Position numbers and translations under genes: made by a program. This document shows, in pieces, positions 1-13,443 of a stretch of DNA of 64,000 nt. This DNA comes from Squalus acanthias (Eukaryota). The notes below the pieces were generated by a model that did not search any database, had not been told where the DNA came from, and was given only the letters and a program-made list of their open reading frames with translations. Position 1 is the stretch's first letter. Each line of letters begins with the position of its first letter. The stretch lies in the NCBI GenBank assembly GCA_030390025.1, contig CM059427.1, positions 188,046,001-188,110,000 of the forward strand, in the 5' to 3' direction.

Positions 1-680
1 CTTCCAAAGGTGCACACAGACCTGTCCAAGAAGGCAAAGTGTTGAAAATAAAGATTTCAATGTTTGACAACACATTAACAGAAACTTTACATGAACATCG
101 GCTAAAAGACACAAGTCCCTACCCTTGTGTGTTGTTAGTTGGTTTGATTGCACTAGGATGAGGTTGAATGTGGCTTTGCAGTAACGTTTCGTGATCTACT
201 GAGATCATTGAAAGTTTTGCGCCTCCTGACGACATCCATGCTTGTGCCCTCTTGTGCAATGTGTAACCAGGCTGCGTTGATCTCCTGGGGAGGTCTCTTC
301 CGCCTAATGGAAGGGAAGAGAAACTCCCTGCATGCTGTGGCTCCCTCCATCAGCATATGGACGGAATCATGGGAGAGCCTGGGTGCAGCTGTGCACCTCT
401 CTGCAGAGCTTGTCAGTGTTTGCAACACCTCAACACTGACAGCACAACTGCCAAAATCAATTTGGGCATGGCCCCTTTAAGGAAACCGGCTGATGACATG
501 CCATCAAATGACGTCATCAGACCCGCTTCCTTTTAATTGGCCGGGAACTTGCTGGGCGGGCTTAACAAGCCCAATCAGGGGAAAGTCGTGTGGGAAGCTG
601 GCATGGAGACAAGAGCGGGACCGCGACCCGCCATCGACCCCAGCCGCCACGCTCCCGCCTCGGTAGGCGAAATCGCGGCC
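1..680 (-). mobile_element. Harbinger-type transposon remnant with Myb/SANT-like (trihelix) DNA-binding ORF fragment (153-428)
   Basis: ORF 153..428 reads 'APRLSHDSVHMLMEG...LFP...RKRP...AW..IA...RRKTFNDL', the typical Harbinger Myb-like protein pattern. Similar fragments occur at 5526-5765 and 54075-54300. Confidence 0.65.
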
Positions 681-735
681 CATGTCTTCAGCTGCCTAGC
701 CCCTAAGCTCTGGAATTCCTTCTCCAAAACTCTCT

Positions 736-1631
736 GGGGGAGAAATTCAGCATCGCCCCATTTGGGGAGCAATTATCGGCCGGGCGCAAAGATTAGCGCC
801 TGGCGCTAATTATCGTCTCCGACTGCAAACTTGACTTTTGTCGCCCCTGGAGGTGATTGGAGCGCTAAATCAGGTGCTTCACATCTGTCTTAAGGCGCAA
901 AGGCTGAGGAGCGAGGCGCTACCTCAGAGCGCTGGTGAAGCTCATGTGATGTCAGTCAGCAATGGAACACACACACAATGGCGCCGGCCAGTACTTAAAG
1001 GGGATGGTTGTTCTTGCTTTCCATCCACATCCTGCTCATTGCAGCCTTGAATCTCGGCCTGGAGAGACCTGCACATCAAATCTGCTGGAAAGAACAATGG
1101 AGAGGCCCAGAGAAAGAGCTCAGAGTGCAGCCCCCACAGTCTCTTCTAAATCAACACAAGGAAGGGCAAATCAAAATGAACCTGCAAAGTGCTGCTCAGT
1201 ACCCAAAACTCCTTCACACAGCGCTGAATCTCTCCAGAAGTCTCTCTCTCTCTCTCTCTCAGAATGCGTGGTTCAAAAATGTCACCAACAATAAAAGACA
1301 GGAAGCGGTCGCCTTTAAATAGCGCTCCCCCAGTCCCTTCCTGACTGCAAAACGCTCCCCTCAACCTGTCGTTGCTAGTGGCAGGCGGAAAGGCAGGGGA
1401 CGCCACTCAATATCTGCTCCGGGGCACTACCGGGGCATTGCACACTCGACTGATGTCACGATCTGCCGGCACAGGAGATCGTGGCGGTAGTGTTTAGCGC
1501 CGCCGCAAAATGTCTAGTTAATTTTGTGAGCGGCGCAAACATCGCCGCGCCCTGGGCGCTAGATGCTTTGCGCCCCATTAGCGCCCTCTTAAGGCGCTAA
1601 CGGGAGGTGCAACCAACTGAATTTTTCCCCC
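736..1631. mobile_element. Non-autonomous DNA transposon (Harbinger-like MITE) inserted in a SINE-like fragment
   Basis: Terminal inverted repeats GGGGGAGAAATTCAG / CTGAATTTTTCCCCC (1 mismatch); 3-bp TSD TCT at 733-735 and 1632-1634. The flanks join into the repeat also seen at 33650-33790. Confidence 0.8.
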
Positions 1632-2161
1632 TCTGACTCTCTGCCTCTCTCTCCTCCTTGCAGATGCTCCTTCAAACCTACCGCTTTGACCAACCTGTCC
1701 AAATATCTCCTTATGTGGCTCGGGGTCAAATTTTGTCTGATAACGCTCCTATGATGGCCTCAGAATGGCTGGTGTTTAAATACTAAACGAGATGGAAATT
1801 GCAACTGAAAATGTCAACTTTGTCCTTCACAAGGAGAGCAAGACCACCTCCGGACACTTGGGGGGCGATTGTCTGACGTCGGGAAAGGCGGGAAAATTAG
1901 ATTCAAAGAGGTCGGGTTCGGAACCCGACTCCAACCCGCCTCCGTGGGATTTTGCCGGTGCTGGTTTTGGAGGTCGGGAAACGCTCCCGCCTCCAGCTGG
2001 CCATTGCGCTAATTAACTTCGTTAAATGCTTGGTGAGGGTCTTTCTAAGCCTATTTTGAGAGGCCCTCATGAATTTCCCAGCATTATGTCATGCTCCAAA
2101 CAACTCCTGAACCATGCCAGGTAAACCTGGTGGGTTAACTCGTGGGTGGCCTCCTCACTGC

Positions 2162-3840
2162 TGTAGAATTCGCAATATAGCGCGATTTTATAAATAAGGA
2201 GAAAAACACATAGTTTCGTTCAAACAGCTTTATTTCAGCAGAATGCTGTCAGGTTTTCAAAGTGGACACAAGCAGCCTGTAAAATGGCCGCCACGCCTCG
2301 TGGCGGAACATTCTAGACTTTTCGACAAGCAGACAAGATGGCGTTCCAATAAACATTTGTGCGAGATCGATCAAGACTCAGTACATTTGAGATAATACAC
2401 GAGACATTATGGGTTTGCAGTATACACATAAATACTGAAATCGGTCTCCCAGGTGCGAATAAGGGCTATTGTACCAAGCAATCAAGAACCCATCCAAAGA
2501 CATTAATATGCAAAATCCCAACGACTCTACGATGAGAGAGCCGTTAGCGGGTAGTTACAGAGAACATGTGGGAGCCCCAAAACCCCTCCAGGGAGAACAC
2601 CGACCGATTAAACAATGGGAGAAATATTAACAGGTACTCAGACAGTTACGAGTATCCCCGAAACCCATTTAAAAACGGAGATCACCCTATACAAGAAATT
2701 TGAGCGCCAAACCCTAACAAAAGAAAAGACATTAAGGTTGGGCGGGAAAAGGAAGAGTTTTGCACTATAACTGCAAGCTCCAACCATCCATCTCTCTCTT
2801 ATTCTCTTATCCTGCTGGCGTTTATCCTCGTGGCTGCTCGTGACTCGCCGTCTTGTTCCTGCTTGCCTCGTGTCTCTTTTAAAAGACTGTTGAACTTTAC
2901 GATCCGCCCGGATCGGTCTCGTGGCTTGCCGCGAAGATCTGTGTGGAACTGGGCTGTGAAGCCTTGAAACGGGCGCACCATCCCGAGAAGTCGGTAAACG
3001 GTGTTGGAACCGAAGGCCCGAGACGAGATGAGACGAGATGAGATGAGATGAGATGAGATGAGAAGAGAAGACGACAATACATCTCGTCACGGTCAGTAAG
3101 CCCCGACCGCGCTCGATAAATCGGTAACTGCTACCCAACTGGCAGGAAGACTATTCTTCGAATTTTATCGCATCAGTGCGAGGACACAGGAAGACTCTTC
3201 TTTGAGTAGTATCGGAACTCCGAGGACAACACAGATCTTCATGACAGCAGACGTTCCAGCCTGCTAGCCGGAGCAGAAACGAGTAAACAAGTGGGGTACA
3301 GAGACCCCTGATCAACACGTGGGTGATCAGGTGCTGCGGTGAAAAACATCCGATCAGAGTTTTCGGAATTCTCCGAGTTATCACGAGTGGTGAGCATGAG
3401 TCTCGATCCTACATATCTAGTTTAGAGCAGGTATTAAATAGGGGAGGGTTTAAGTTTTAAGGATAACTGTAATGTGTGCCCCCATTTACGATGTGTCATT
3501 CATTCCTCGTTTCCCTGAAATTAGTTACATAACTGCGTGTAAGATTGTACTGTCATTAATCTGTGCTTATGACATGTATTTCGTAATCTTGAATAATATG
3601 CAATAAAGATTTTCCATTTCGTACCATTCAACCGGGTCTACCTGAGTTTTCTCTCCATTACTGCTCTTGCATCTAAGTCCAGTGTCAGAACCGTAAGGGC
3701 GAGTGGGTCGAACCACTCACAGGTGTCTAGTGCTCCCAGACTGGCTGGAGACCAGAACAGGCAATAAGGCCTAAACTCGCACTAGCATCCAGGCTGCACA
3801 GAGCCACACGAATCTCACAGGTTCAGAGGAAACCCTTACA
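2162..3840 (+). mobile_element. Solo LTR, family B (1679 bp)
   Basis: TGTAG...TTACA termini, 4-bp TSD CTGC (2158-2161, 3841-3844), AATAAA near 3602, internal (GAGAT)n. Homologous to 31967-33597 (-) and 23856-25582. Confidence 0.9.
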
Positions 3841-4013
3841 CTGCTACAGGTCTAACAAGACATCGTTTACTGCGGCAAGGATTACTTGCAGGTGCCAGAC
3901 TTTGGCTTTAAAAGGTCTCTGTGTACTTTTAAAAGGCCTTCCGAAGTCGGAGGTGCTTCAGCTTGACTCCATCCACTGTGGGACCTCCTTGGAAGACCCT
4001 CTGCCCGCTTGCA

Positions 4014-5339
4014 ATGAGCGCTTCCCCAAAGGAGACATCTACAAGCAGCATGGGAACCATTCATTTTCTTTCACCATGGACCTCAGATGAGGATGCGGAC
4101 CATCCACGGCAGCAGCAGAACCAGGCAGCTCAACAGCAACAGCAGCAGGAGTCCCAACCTCCTGCTCAGCCACCTGATGCTGCACAGAGCACAAGGCACC
4201 AGCTCATCGAGGCACCTCGCCACAGGAGATACCCCCGACAGAGCTACCTCAACATGAGTGAGCAGCAGTGCCAAAGGAGACTGAGACTTTCGCAAGAGGT
4301 TGTCCGAGAGATCTGCAGCCTGCTGCAGCAAGACCTGGTGCCCAGAGGAACGGGTGGACACCCCTTACCAGTGGCTGTCAAAGTCACCACCGCACTCAAC
4401 TTCTTTGCCTCAGGCTCCTTCCAGGGATCATCAGCAGACATCAGCGGCATCTCCCAGTCAGCCGCCCACAGTTGCATCACCCAGGTTACCGATGCCCTTT
4501 TTGCTAAGGCCCACAATGACATCCAGTTCACAAGGGATCAAGGAAGTATAACCGCCCGTTCGGTTGGATTCGCAAATATGGCAGGCATGCCAATGGTGCA
4601 GGGCGTCATAGACTGCACACATGTGGCTCTTAGGGCACCCCATCACAACCCAGCTATCTTTGTCAACCGAAAGGACTTCCACTCCCTCAACGTACAGCTG
4701 GTGTGTAACCACAAGAAGGAGTTCTTGCATGTTTGCGCCAAGTTCTGTGGAAGTTGCCATGACTCTTTCATCCTATGGCACTCTATTGTTCCTCCGCTTT
4801 TCAATCCATCAAACCAACTTAATGGATGGCTCCTTGGTGGCAAAGGCTATCCCCTGAAGAAGTGGCTAATGACGCCAATCAGGAGGCCAGCTAACGAGGC
4901 TCAAGAGCGCTACAACACCAGCCACACTTCGACCAGGTCCCTAATAGAGCAGACCATTGGGTTGTTGAAGATGCGCTTCCATTGCCTTGACCGAACAGGT
5001 GCAGCCCTGCAATATACACCATACAGGGTCTCCAGAATGGTCGTGGTCTGCTGTACACTGCACAACATCGCACAGCGTCATGGCTTGCAGATACCTGATG
5101 AGCAAGTGGCTCAGTTCCNNNNNNNNNNNNNNNNNNNNNNNNNNNNNNNNNNNNNNNNNNNNNNNNNNNNNNNNNNNNNNNNNNNNNNNNNNNNNNNNNN
5201 NNNNNNNNNNNNNNNNNNNNNNNNNNNNNNNNNNNNNNNNNNNNNNNNNNNNNNNTATCGACCAGCGGCAGTGGCAGCACACGAGCACATGGCTACCAGG
5301 AATGCAAGGGATGAACTTATCATGGCCAGATTTGCATAG
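4014..5339 (+). CDS. Harbinger transposase (HARBI1-like DDE nuclease), spans an assembly gap
   Basis: Motifs '[11 protein letters not shown]', 'GVIDCTH', '[14 protein letters not shown]', 'GSCHDSFI', 'LLGGKGYP', '[15 protein letters not shown]', 'CCTLHN'. N-run at 5119-5255. Confidence 0.9.
   Translation: MSASPKETSTSSMGTIHFLSPWTSDEDADHPRQQQNQAAQQQQQQESQPPAQPPDAAQSTRHQLIEAPRHRRYPRQSYLNMSEQQCQRRLRLSQEVVREICSLLQQDLVPRGTGGHPLPVAVKVTTALNFFASGSFQGSSADISGISQSAAHSCITQVTDALFAKAHNDIQFTRDQGSITARSVGFANMAGMPMVQGVIDCTHVALRAPHHNPAIFVNRKDFHSLNVQLVCNHKKEFLHVCAKFCGSCHDSFILWHSIVPPLFNPSNQLNGWLLGGKGYPLKKWLMTPIRRPANEAQERYNTSHTSTRSLIEQTIGLLKMRFHCLDRTGAALQYTPYRVSRMVVVCCTLHNIAQRHGLQIPDEQVAQFXXXXXXXXXXXXXXXXXXXXXXXXXXXXXXXXXXXXXXXXXXXXXXYRPAAVAAHEHMATRNARDELIMARFA
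5119..5255. other. Assembly gap / masked run of N
   Basis: Run of N characters in the sequence. Confidence 1.
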
Positions 5340-5525
5340 GTTGCCCAAGTTGGCACATGTCCTTGGCTCCATCCTAGGACTTCATTGACAATGGACATGA
5401 CTCTCTGGCCTCATTTCACTCAGGCCACCTACCAGACAATGCAAGTGTGCCGGTGCCCACAATGTGGAGCTTCCTGAGGCGAAAGAACAGATGGCATAAT
5501 GCCAACATTTTGCTTCGAATCATTT

Positions 5526-5765
5526 TTATGCTTTCCAACAGGGATGGCATTTCATGAATACACAGAGACAGTCTCCCAATCTGCACACTGATCTGGAGGT
5601 TATATCCCTTGCCAGCTGTACCCTCACAGCCTTGGTTTCTTTGGCAGGCCTCTTTCTCCGCGATGAGTGGAAGAGCACCTCCATGCTAGCTCTCACCCCC
5701 TCAAACAACATTTGCAGCGCCTCATCTGAGAGCCTCGGGTAGGCCCTTGCCTTGGAAATGGACAT
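5526..5765 (-). pseudogene. Harbinger Myb/SANT-like DNA-binding protein, N-terminal fragment
   Basis: 'RAYPRLSDEALQMLFEGVR...EVLF...RKRPAKETK', convergent to the nuclease inside the same TIR-bounded element. Confidence 0.7.
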
Positions 5766-7204
5766 AGTGGTTTCTCAAAAGATGTTGGAGGTGGTGCAGG
5801 AGAAGCAGAAATGCTGTGGAATGAGCCAAGGGAGCAAGAAGCCATAAAATCAGACTGGAAAAGTGCTGTCATCAGAGGCGAGTTTCAGTCCCAGAACACT
5901 AATTGAGCACGGGCATCCCACACCTCTGAAATCAAGTGGACAATCATGGGAAAATCGCAACATTTTGAAACCTATCAGTGGAGGCGAGTTTCAGACACAC
6001 CCAAACTGAAACCCGCCTCCATCTCACCTCCAGTGGGAAAATCGCCCCCTTGGATCCGGACACTTGGATCCTGGCACTTTCCGGGTACTTGTTTGTTCAG
6101 CTGAGCGCTGCTGTCGGACTAATTTGCTTCTTGAGGGGAGTGAGCGGAGGAAGCATTTAAAAATACTTTGTGCTGCTTTTCAGTAATTCAGTAACCAGTG
6201 CACAGATGTCACTCGACATTTATAGAACTGATTTGCACCATTCCAAAGCCTTTTGGGATGAACTGAGGTCATGAAAGGCGCTATATCAATACAAATACTT
6301 TCCTTTTCATTTTACAGGCTTTGGTAATATTTTCATGTGTTTACAGCTTTTCATAAGTTTTGATGAATTTCTGCTTTGGAATAAATTTTAAAAGTCTCGA
6401 TAATCATTTGTTTGCTAATTGTACTTGTTATCAATTGTAATAAAAAGGTTGGTTTGGAATGGAATGGGTTGGTATTTCCTATTGAACCGCACTCTCATAA
6501 TGGGGAAGAGTAACTTTCCTTTTGAGTTCTATTCTCCGAGCCATTCATGGAAATACATCCAAGGCAATGGATCTGTGGGCTCGATAAACCGCTTCGAATC
6601 CAGCACAGTACATAATAAAATGTATCTGCTAAAACTTGAAATTATTCTGTTTGAAAGCCTCCTGTGATCACAGAAACATCTACTCACTTTAGTGGGGTCC
6701 GGAACAGAAACAATTGATCAAGGTTTCCCCAGCGGTTTGATGAGTTTATCCGCAAAACTAACAACAACTTACGATTATATAACGCCTTTAACATAGAGAA
6801 ACCTCCCAAGGTGCAGCGAAGAAGATATTAGGAGGGCTGACCAAAATCTTGTTCAAAGAGATGGGTTCCAATAGAGATGGAGAGGCGGAGGGATTTAGGG
6901 AAGGAATTCCAAGCATGAATTTGCGCCTCCTGCTATTTTGGATAATTAGGTTGTGCTGGTGGCCGGAGTGCATGACGTGTTTTGCAGGACCCCTTCTCAA
7001 TTTCCGAATCCCGCAACGCTTCATATTAAAAGAACACAGGCTGCTCCCCCACCCTCCCAATTGGCATCGCTCCCCCCGATCGGCATGGCTTCCCCTGACC
7101 AGGCCTCCAATCGACCCTCTTTCCCCCCCTTCCGACCCAGATCGCTCTCGATCCCCCCACCCCGGCCAGACGCCCAATCGCCCCACTACCCGCTACCAAC
7201 CCCT

Positions 7205-7865
7205 GCCACCCATGACCCGACACTCGCTCGATACTCCCCCTCACCGCCAGCCCCCTACCGCCCCCCCGTGACCCGACACTCGCTCGATACTCCCCCTCAC
7301 CGCCAGCCCCCCACCAACCCCCGCCCCCCTGTGACCCGACACTCGCTCGATACTCCCCCTCACCGCCAGCCCCCCACCAACCCCCGCCCCGTGACCCGAC
7401 ACTCGCTCGATACTCCCCCTCACCCCCAGCCCCCTACCAACCCCCACCCCCCGCGACCCGACACTCGCTCGATACTCCCCCTCACTGCCAGCCCCCTACC
7501 AACAACCCCGTGACCCGACACTCACTCGATACTCCCCCTCACTGCCAGCCCCCTACCAACCCCCGCCCCGTGACCCAACACTCGCTCGATAGTCCCCCTC
7601 ACTGCCAGCCCCCTACTAAACCCCGCCCCTTGACCCGACACTCGCTCGATACGCCCCCCACCCCCCTATCCGCTACCAACCCCCGCCCCCCGTGACCCGA
7701 CTCTCGCTCGATACGCCCCCCACCCCCCTATCCGCTACCAACACCCGCCCCCCGTTACCCAACACTCGCTCGATACTCCCCCTCACTGCCAGCCCCCTAC
7801 CAACCCCCGCCCCGTTACCCAACACTCGCTCGATACTCCCCCTCACTGCCAGCCCCCGCCCCCCA
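7205..7865 (+). repeat. C-rich minisatellite, about 60-bp unit (GTGACCCGACACTCGCTCGATACTCCCCCTCACCGCCAGCCCCCTACCAACCCCCGCCCC-like), about 11 copies
   Basis: Directly visible tandem repetition. Confidence 0.95.
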
Positions 7866-10349
7866 TCCCCCCGGTCGCTTCCCTTCTTCACTTAACTGAG
7901 GGCGGCTTCTAGCGTCACAGTTGCACAATGTTCAAACACACTTCGCCGGCTGAGTTGCCTCTTACTCTCTGCAGCTCGCTTACTTCATAGAAATGAGCCC
8001 AAAGCCCAATATCGGGGCCGCCTCAATCTTCACCATTCAAGGGTAGGGATTGAGACCAGCGGCCCCCTGCCCCTCACCACACACGCCCGAATTTCTAGGC
8101 CCAAATAACTAAACAACAGCCACCAATTTATGTTGAAAATTCACCTCAACTCTCCCAAACCGCCTCTCCTTCGAATTCACCACACTCCTATCCTCCCATA
8201 ATTTAATCCAACCACATGCTTGGCCACCCGCTCGATCTTGCTCGTTCTCACGGCCTCTCCGTAGATGCGCTCAGGATCTACGACAAGGCTGTTGCTGCCT
8301 ACTTCCTCAGTACAGCTATAAACCTGGAGCCACCCTGCTGTGCACACCACTCCAGTGTCCTGATTTAATCGGGACATCCCGCTTTTGTGGGTCAATTGCC
8401 GTTCTGCTCCACAGGGCAGCATTTCCCAAATGTTGATGTTCCTAAAACTTAATAATAAACCTGACAACCAGAACACTAAGAGCTGATTTCCCTCACAGCC
8501 TGGATGCAGATTTACTGCAGATAAAGCAACCTCCCTTAGAAGGAACTTCTGAGACTTGATAGCTGAGAAAAGCACCTGTGTCAATGAGAAATATGCTGTG
8601 GTTAACCACCGCACTCTACTTCAGGGTGTGGTGTGATATCGCAGCGTACAGCATCGCAGAGGCTCAATCTTCAAATACACTTCGCCGGGCGAGCTGCCTC
8701 TTACTCACCGCAGATCGCTCACTTCATGGATCGCAATGTCAAAAATAGCAGTGTTTACCACTAGAAGAAATAATAGGGTGGGGGACAACCCCTGAGAGAA
8801 AGCTCAGAGCAACAGTTCAGCAACAACGGAAGTCTGAAACCACTTGAAAAAGGTGGAGGCATCAACAATCGTACAAGCCTAGTACAAAGATTAGCCCAGA
8901 AACTAATGGTGAGTCAAATATTAAGGATGAATTCGTACAACGAGTCATGAAATTGGTTGGCCGTTCTGGTGAACTCCCGCTATAATTCTGAACAATTTCC
9001 TCAGGTTCTGGTCTTGCGAGGGAGATGCCTGTACGCACGTTTAGAGGGTAGAACCTCCGCCTACTCCAAACAAGTCTACTGACACAGAGGGGAGGGGTTA
9101 GGATGTGAGGACTCCATGACGAGGGTTTCCAGTCCTTGGCCCTCAATTTGGACTCAACGTACTATTGGCGCAGTTACTCAGCAAGCATACCTCGCTAAAA
9201 CTGATGGAGTGGGGCAAAAACCAGGGCCTCAACCCCCGAAGATTGGGAGATGGAGCTGGGGGAGAGCAGAAATTTAAAAAAAAACTGATTAACTTTTCTT
9301 TAACGCATTGCTGTTTGTGGGAGCTTGCTCTGCACAAATTGGCAGCCACGCATCCTACATTAGAACAGTGAATTCACTTCAAAAGTACTTCATTGGCTGT
9401 AAAGCGCTTTGGGATATCCTGAGGTCGGGAAAGGAGCAAATCTTTCTTTGTGCAAGTAAATTCTTTTGAGACAGGAGATAAGCTTTTTAAAGTGTTCTGT
9501 TATTCTTGTTGCTGTGGCCTGGTGGCGCTAGAGAGCTGCAGTAGTGTTGGGGCCGAGAAATGAATTTGTTCCTCTATAAACCACTTCCTCTGTGGCAGGT
9601 TTGGTTCACCTGATTTACCCATAGTCAAATCTCAGTCGATTCAAAAGAAAAGATTTTGTATCGGAGAGCCCTGTCGTGTTTGTGTTAGAGGAAGGAGTGT
9701 TTCAAAGCTGTGTGCTTTTGGGTGAAGTGAGTTGTAGAAACGGAACTATTGGGGTGAGAGGAACAGAAATGAGCTAACTAGTGGAAAGTTTGAACTTACA
9801 TGAATGGTCTGAGCAATGTTCCCTCTAAATTTCTTTTGGGGTGCACGGCCCCTTTAAGGGGCAGCGGGGCCCATTCGAATTCCCGCGCAGGCGCGGTTTT
9901 TCCATTGAGAAGCTGGCAATCGGCCACGCAGCTTAACGGGAACATTGGGTGTGAGGTCATCTGTATTGTTCAGAATGTTTCCATAGAATTACATAGAATT
10001 TGCAGCACAGAAACAGGCCACTCTCCAATGCCAGTGTTTCTGTTCCACACGAACCTGCTCCGCCATTTAATAAGATCACGGCTGATCTTTTGCCTCAATT
10101 CCACCTTCACGCTCACTTTATTAATCGACCACAGGGCAGCTCGGGGACGAGTTTCCTGAACCGGGGATTCTTCCGGGGACATTGTTTGCCCCGGGATACA
10201 GTTCCTCATCCAGGGAATGTCCACGGAAAACCAGGGACGTATGGTCACACTAATATTGGCCGAGTCTCCTCTATCTGTCCTCATAGGACAATTTTAATTC
10301 TAATGCATCTTGAAGTCCCAAGCCAGCTTTAATATTTAATATTCCAGAT

Positions 10350-10890
10350 TAGTTAAATTTGCAGAAGATACCAAACTAAAATCAGCAGTGGACTCGGAGG
10401 AGACAGATCAGAAACTATAGAGTGAGTTGGACAAAATATATAAGTGGGCAGAACAGTGACAGATGAAACTTAATGCTGACGAGTGCAAAGTGTTGCCGAT
10501 AGTTAGAGAAATGGGTGGCACACGTATGCCATGAAATAGCTAAGGAAGAGGTTAAGAGAGTCTTAGTGGACTCGACCCTCAACATATTAAACCAACGCAA
10601 AGCAGCAATCAGCAAGGCCAACAGTTGGTTGAACTACATAGCCAAAACGGTAAGGTATAAGTTAGAGGAAGTGAGAGTCAAACTGATCAGTGCTCCAGTC
10701 ACCAAGAAACAAAGCAGATGTTCAGACACTGAGATCATTGCAGCAAAGAGTCACGAGACTGGTTTCTTGTGTCAGAGGCTTGAGTTATTAGGAAAGAGTG
10801 GAAAAAATTGGGCTTTACCGCTCTGATAGGAAAGACCTGGTAGGTGATCTTAAAAAAAATAAAAGCTAGTTATAAGGACAGCAATCAGAG
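10350..10890 (+). mobile_element. Degenerate CR1 LINE RT 3' fragment
   Basis: 'KFAEDTKL', 'KWAEQ*QMKLNADECKVL' remnants with stops and frameshifts. Confidence 0.6.
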
Positions 10891-11295
10891 GAACGAACTG
10901 TGTCTGATTTTCCCCTTCCCGAATCTGCGGGCACAGAAACTGATCCCCAACACAGCATGGATCAGTGAAAAGAGGAAGTGAGACAGAGACTGCAAGCTTC
11001 CAGACACACTCCATAAACTGAGGGTTCAACTAACACAATAGGCAGTGTGATTTCATAAGAACATAAGAAATAGGAGCAGGAGTAGGACATTCGGCCCTTC
11101 GAGCCTGCTCCACCATTCAATAAGTTCCTGGCTGATCTTCTACTGAAGGGATAATTATACGTCCTAGCACATTAAGGGGCTGCGCGGCCCATTCAAAATG
11201 CAGCGCTTGCGTGGTTTTTCCCATTGATAAGTCGGTGAGCCGGCTGCGCAGGAGGACCAGAGCACTATGCGACCGTGCAGCTTACAGGGAACATT

Positions 11296-13443
11296 GGTGA
11301 GAGGGGACCATATAATCAGGGGATAGATACTGTTCTCTGTAGCCGTGACTGGGAGTTCTGAAGGTTGCCTGCCTTCGGGGTTAAAGATATCTCCTCACAG
11401 CTGGAGAAGAACTTGGAGTGTGAGTGTGAGAATCCAGTTGTTGTGGTCCACATAGGAACCAACGACATAGGTAGAACAGAAATGAGTTTCTGCTGAGAGA
11501 GTTTAAGGAGCTAGGGTCGAAATTAAAATGCAGAATCTCGAAGGTAATAATCTCTAGATTGTTAACTGAGCCACGTGCAAATTGGCACAGGGACAAACAG
11601 ATTAAAACATTAAATGCGTGGCTGAAAGAGTGGTGTGGGAGGCAGGGGTTTCGCTTCATGGGGCACTGACGCCAGTACTGGGGAAAGAGGGGGCTGTACC
11701 GTTGGGATGGACTCCACTTAAATTGGGCTGGGACCAGCGTTCTGGCGAATCAAATAACTGGAGCGCTAGATAGGACTTTAAACTAATGAAGTGGGGGAGG
11801 GACGATTCAGGAAAGGGTCAATTCAAAAGCAGTAAGAGAACTGTCAAGGCTCTAGAGCAGAGTAGAGATTTGGTTAAAATAAGGACAGTGGATCAGGAAA
11901 GGGCAGAGAGGTTATACGGCATTAGAGACTATTGTGACGTCAGGGAAAGAGAGAAAAAAGTTCAAGCTAAAGGCACTATATCTGAATGTGTGAAGCATTC
12001 GCAACAAAATAGATGAATTAATAGCGCAAATAAAAATAAATGGGTTTGATATAATAGCCATTATGGAGATGTGGTTGCAGAGTGACCAAAGTTGGGAACT
12101 AAATATTCCAGGATACTTGACTTTTAGAAGAGATAGGCAACATGCAAAAAGGGGTGAGGGGTGCGGGGGGGGGGGGGGGGGTGTGGGTGTAGTCTTGATA
12201 ATAAAGGATGGGGTAAAGACAGTCGAGAGAAAGGATCTTAGCTCAGAAAATCAAGATGTAGAATCACTTTGAGTAGAGCTAATAAACAACAAGGGGCAGA
12301 AAACACTGGTGGGAGTAGTTTATAGGCCCCCTAACAGTAATTGTAGTGTTGGGCAGAGTATAAGTCAGGAAATTAGAGTTGCATATAACATGGATAATAC
12401 AGTAATCGTGGGGAACCTTAATCTTCATATTGACTGGACGAACCAAATTTGTGGTAATAGTGTGGAGGATGAGTCCGTGGAATGTATTCAAGATAGTTTT
12501 CTAGATCAGTATGTCGAGGAACGAACTAGGGAACAAACTATTTTAGATCTAGTGTTGTGCAATGAGAAAGGATTAATTATTGGCCCAGAAATTAGACTTC
12601 GATGGTTGCCGCGGGGGTAAGGATCGCGCGCGATCTTACCTACCGCGCCTGCCTTTATGTTTCGGGCCCACACGAACTTCTGGTCCTGGGCCTCTCCCTG
12701 GTGCCGGCGCGCAGTGTGTGCGTGTCCCAGAGGCGCAGTTAGTTCGATGCGACCTCTGGGATCACGTGGGCCATGGAGAGCCAATGGCAGCACACCATCT
12801 TTCATTCATAGATTTGACAGGAGACCTGTCAAAACTATGAATACAAATTGCCCCCAAAAGAACAGCTAAACCTCAAATAATTTTTTTTTAATAACCATCA
12901 CATTAATAAAATAACTATAGTTAAATAAATTAACCACTTTAAACAAAAATTAAAATTTTTGAAAAAATTTAAATTCTTTTTAAAAGTTATAAAAATAAAC
13001 CTACCTTTCTTTAAAGTCTCTAAAAAAGATAAACCTGTTGAAAAAAATGTAAAATAATACTTAATTAACTACTTACCTTGTTAAAAGGGGGTCTTACGGC
13101 TCCTTTCTTCACGTGTAAAATCTTCAATACTTACCTTCGCGTTGAAACCTGAAAAAAAACCTATGTGTGCTGCGTGCGCACAGCCTGTAGTGCGCACGCG
13201 GTTCACTTAGGAACTGCCCCCTTAGCAATACCGGAAGTGCCGGTTTCCCGCGCATGCGCAGTGCATGCAGGAATCCGGCACTTCGGGACCGAATACGCGA
13301 GAGTACACAGTTCGTAATCTCCCGTATTCAGCCGAAGTTTTGGGCCAATAACCTTGTAGTAAAGGTGCATCTGGGGAAGAGTGAACATAATATGATAGAA
13401 TTTTATATTGGGTTTGAGAGTGATTAAGTTAAGTCCGAAACTC
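11296..13443 (+). mobile_element. CR1 LINE 5' part (ORF1 esterase-like end + ORF2 endonuclease), degenerate, interrupted by a MITE
   Basis: 'VVVHIGTNDIG...DGLHLN' (SGNH-like ORF1), 'WELNIPGY', 'GVVYRPPNS', 'ILDLVLCNEKGLI'. Continues after 13347 as 'NLVVKVHLGKSEHNMIEF'. Confidence 0.8.
12581..13347. mobile_element. Non-autonomous TIR element (MITE) in CR1 endonuclease
   Basis: Inverted ends TGGCCCAGAAATT / AAGTTTTGGGCCA. CR1 coding sequence resumes on both sides. Confidence 0.7.

Larger units (their letters stand above)
1861..6049 (+). mobile_element. PIF/Harbinger DNA transposon (nuclease + convergent Myb-like fragment), carrying a nested solo LTR
   Basis: TIRs GGGGGCGATT / AATCGCCCCC; 3-bp TSD TTG (1858-1860, 6050-6052). 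Contains a DDE nuclease ORF on + and a Myb/SANT fragment on -. Confidence 0.85.

Noticed and set aside
3963-5339. Domesticated host HARBI1 gene
   Set aside because: It lies within TIRs and a TSD with a Myb-like partner, so it is a transposon copy.
6849-7895. Proline-rich ORFs or a CRISPR-like array
   Set aside because: These are translations of a tandem minisatellite with no unique spacers, in a eukaryotic context.
8177-9150. ORFs 8177-8614 and 8862-9146
   Set aside because: No recognisable motif; probably decayed repeat sequence. Not supportable.
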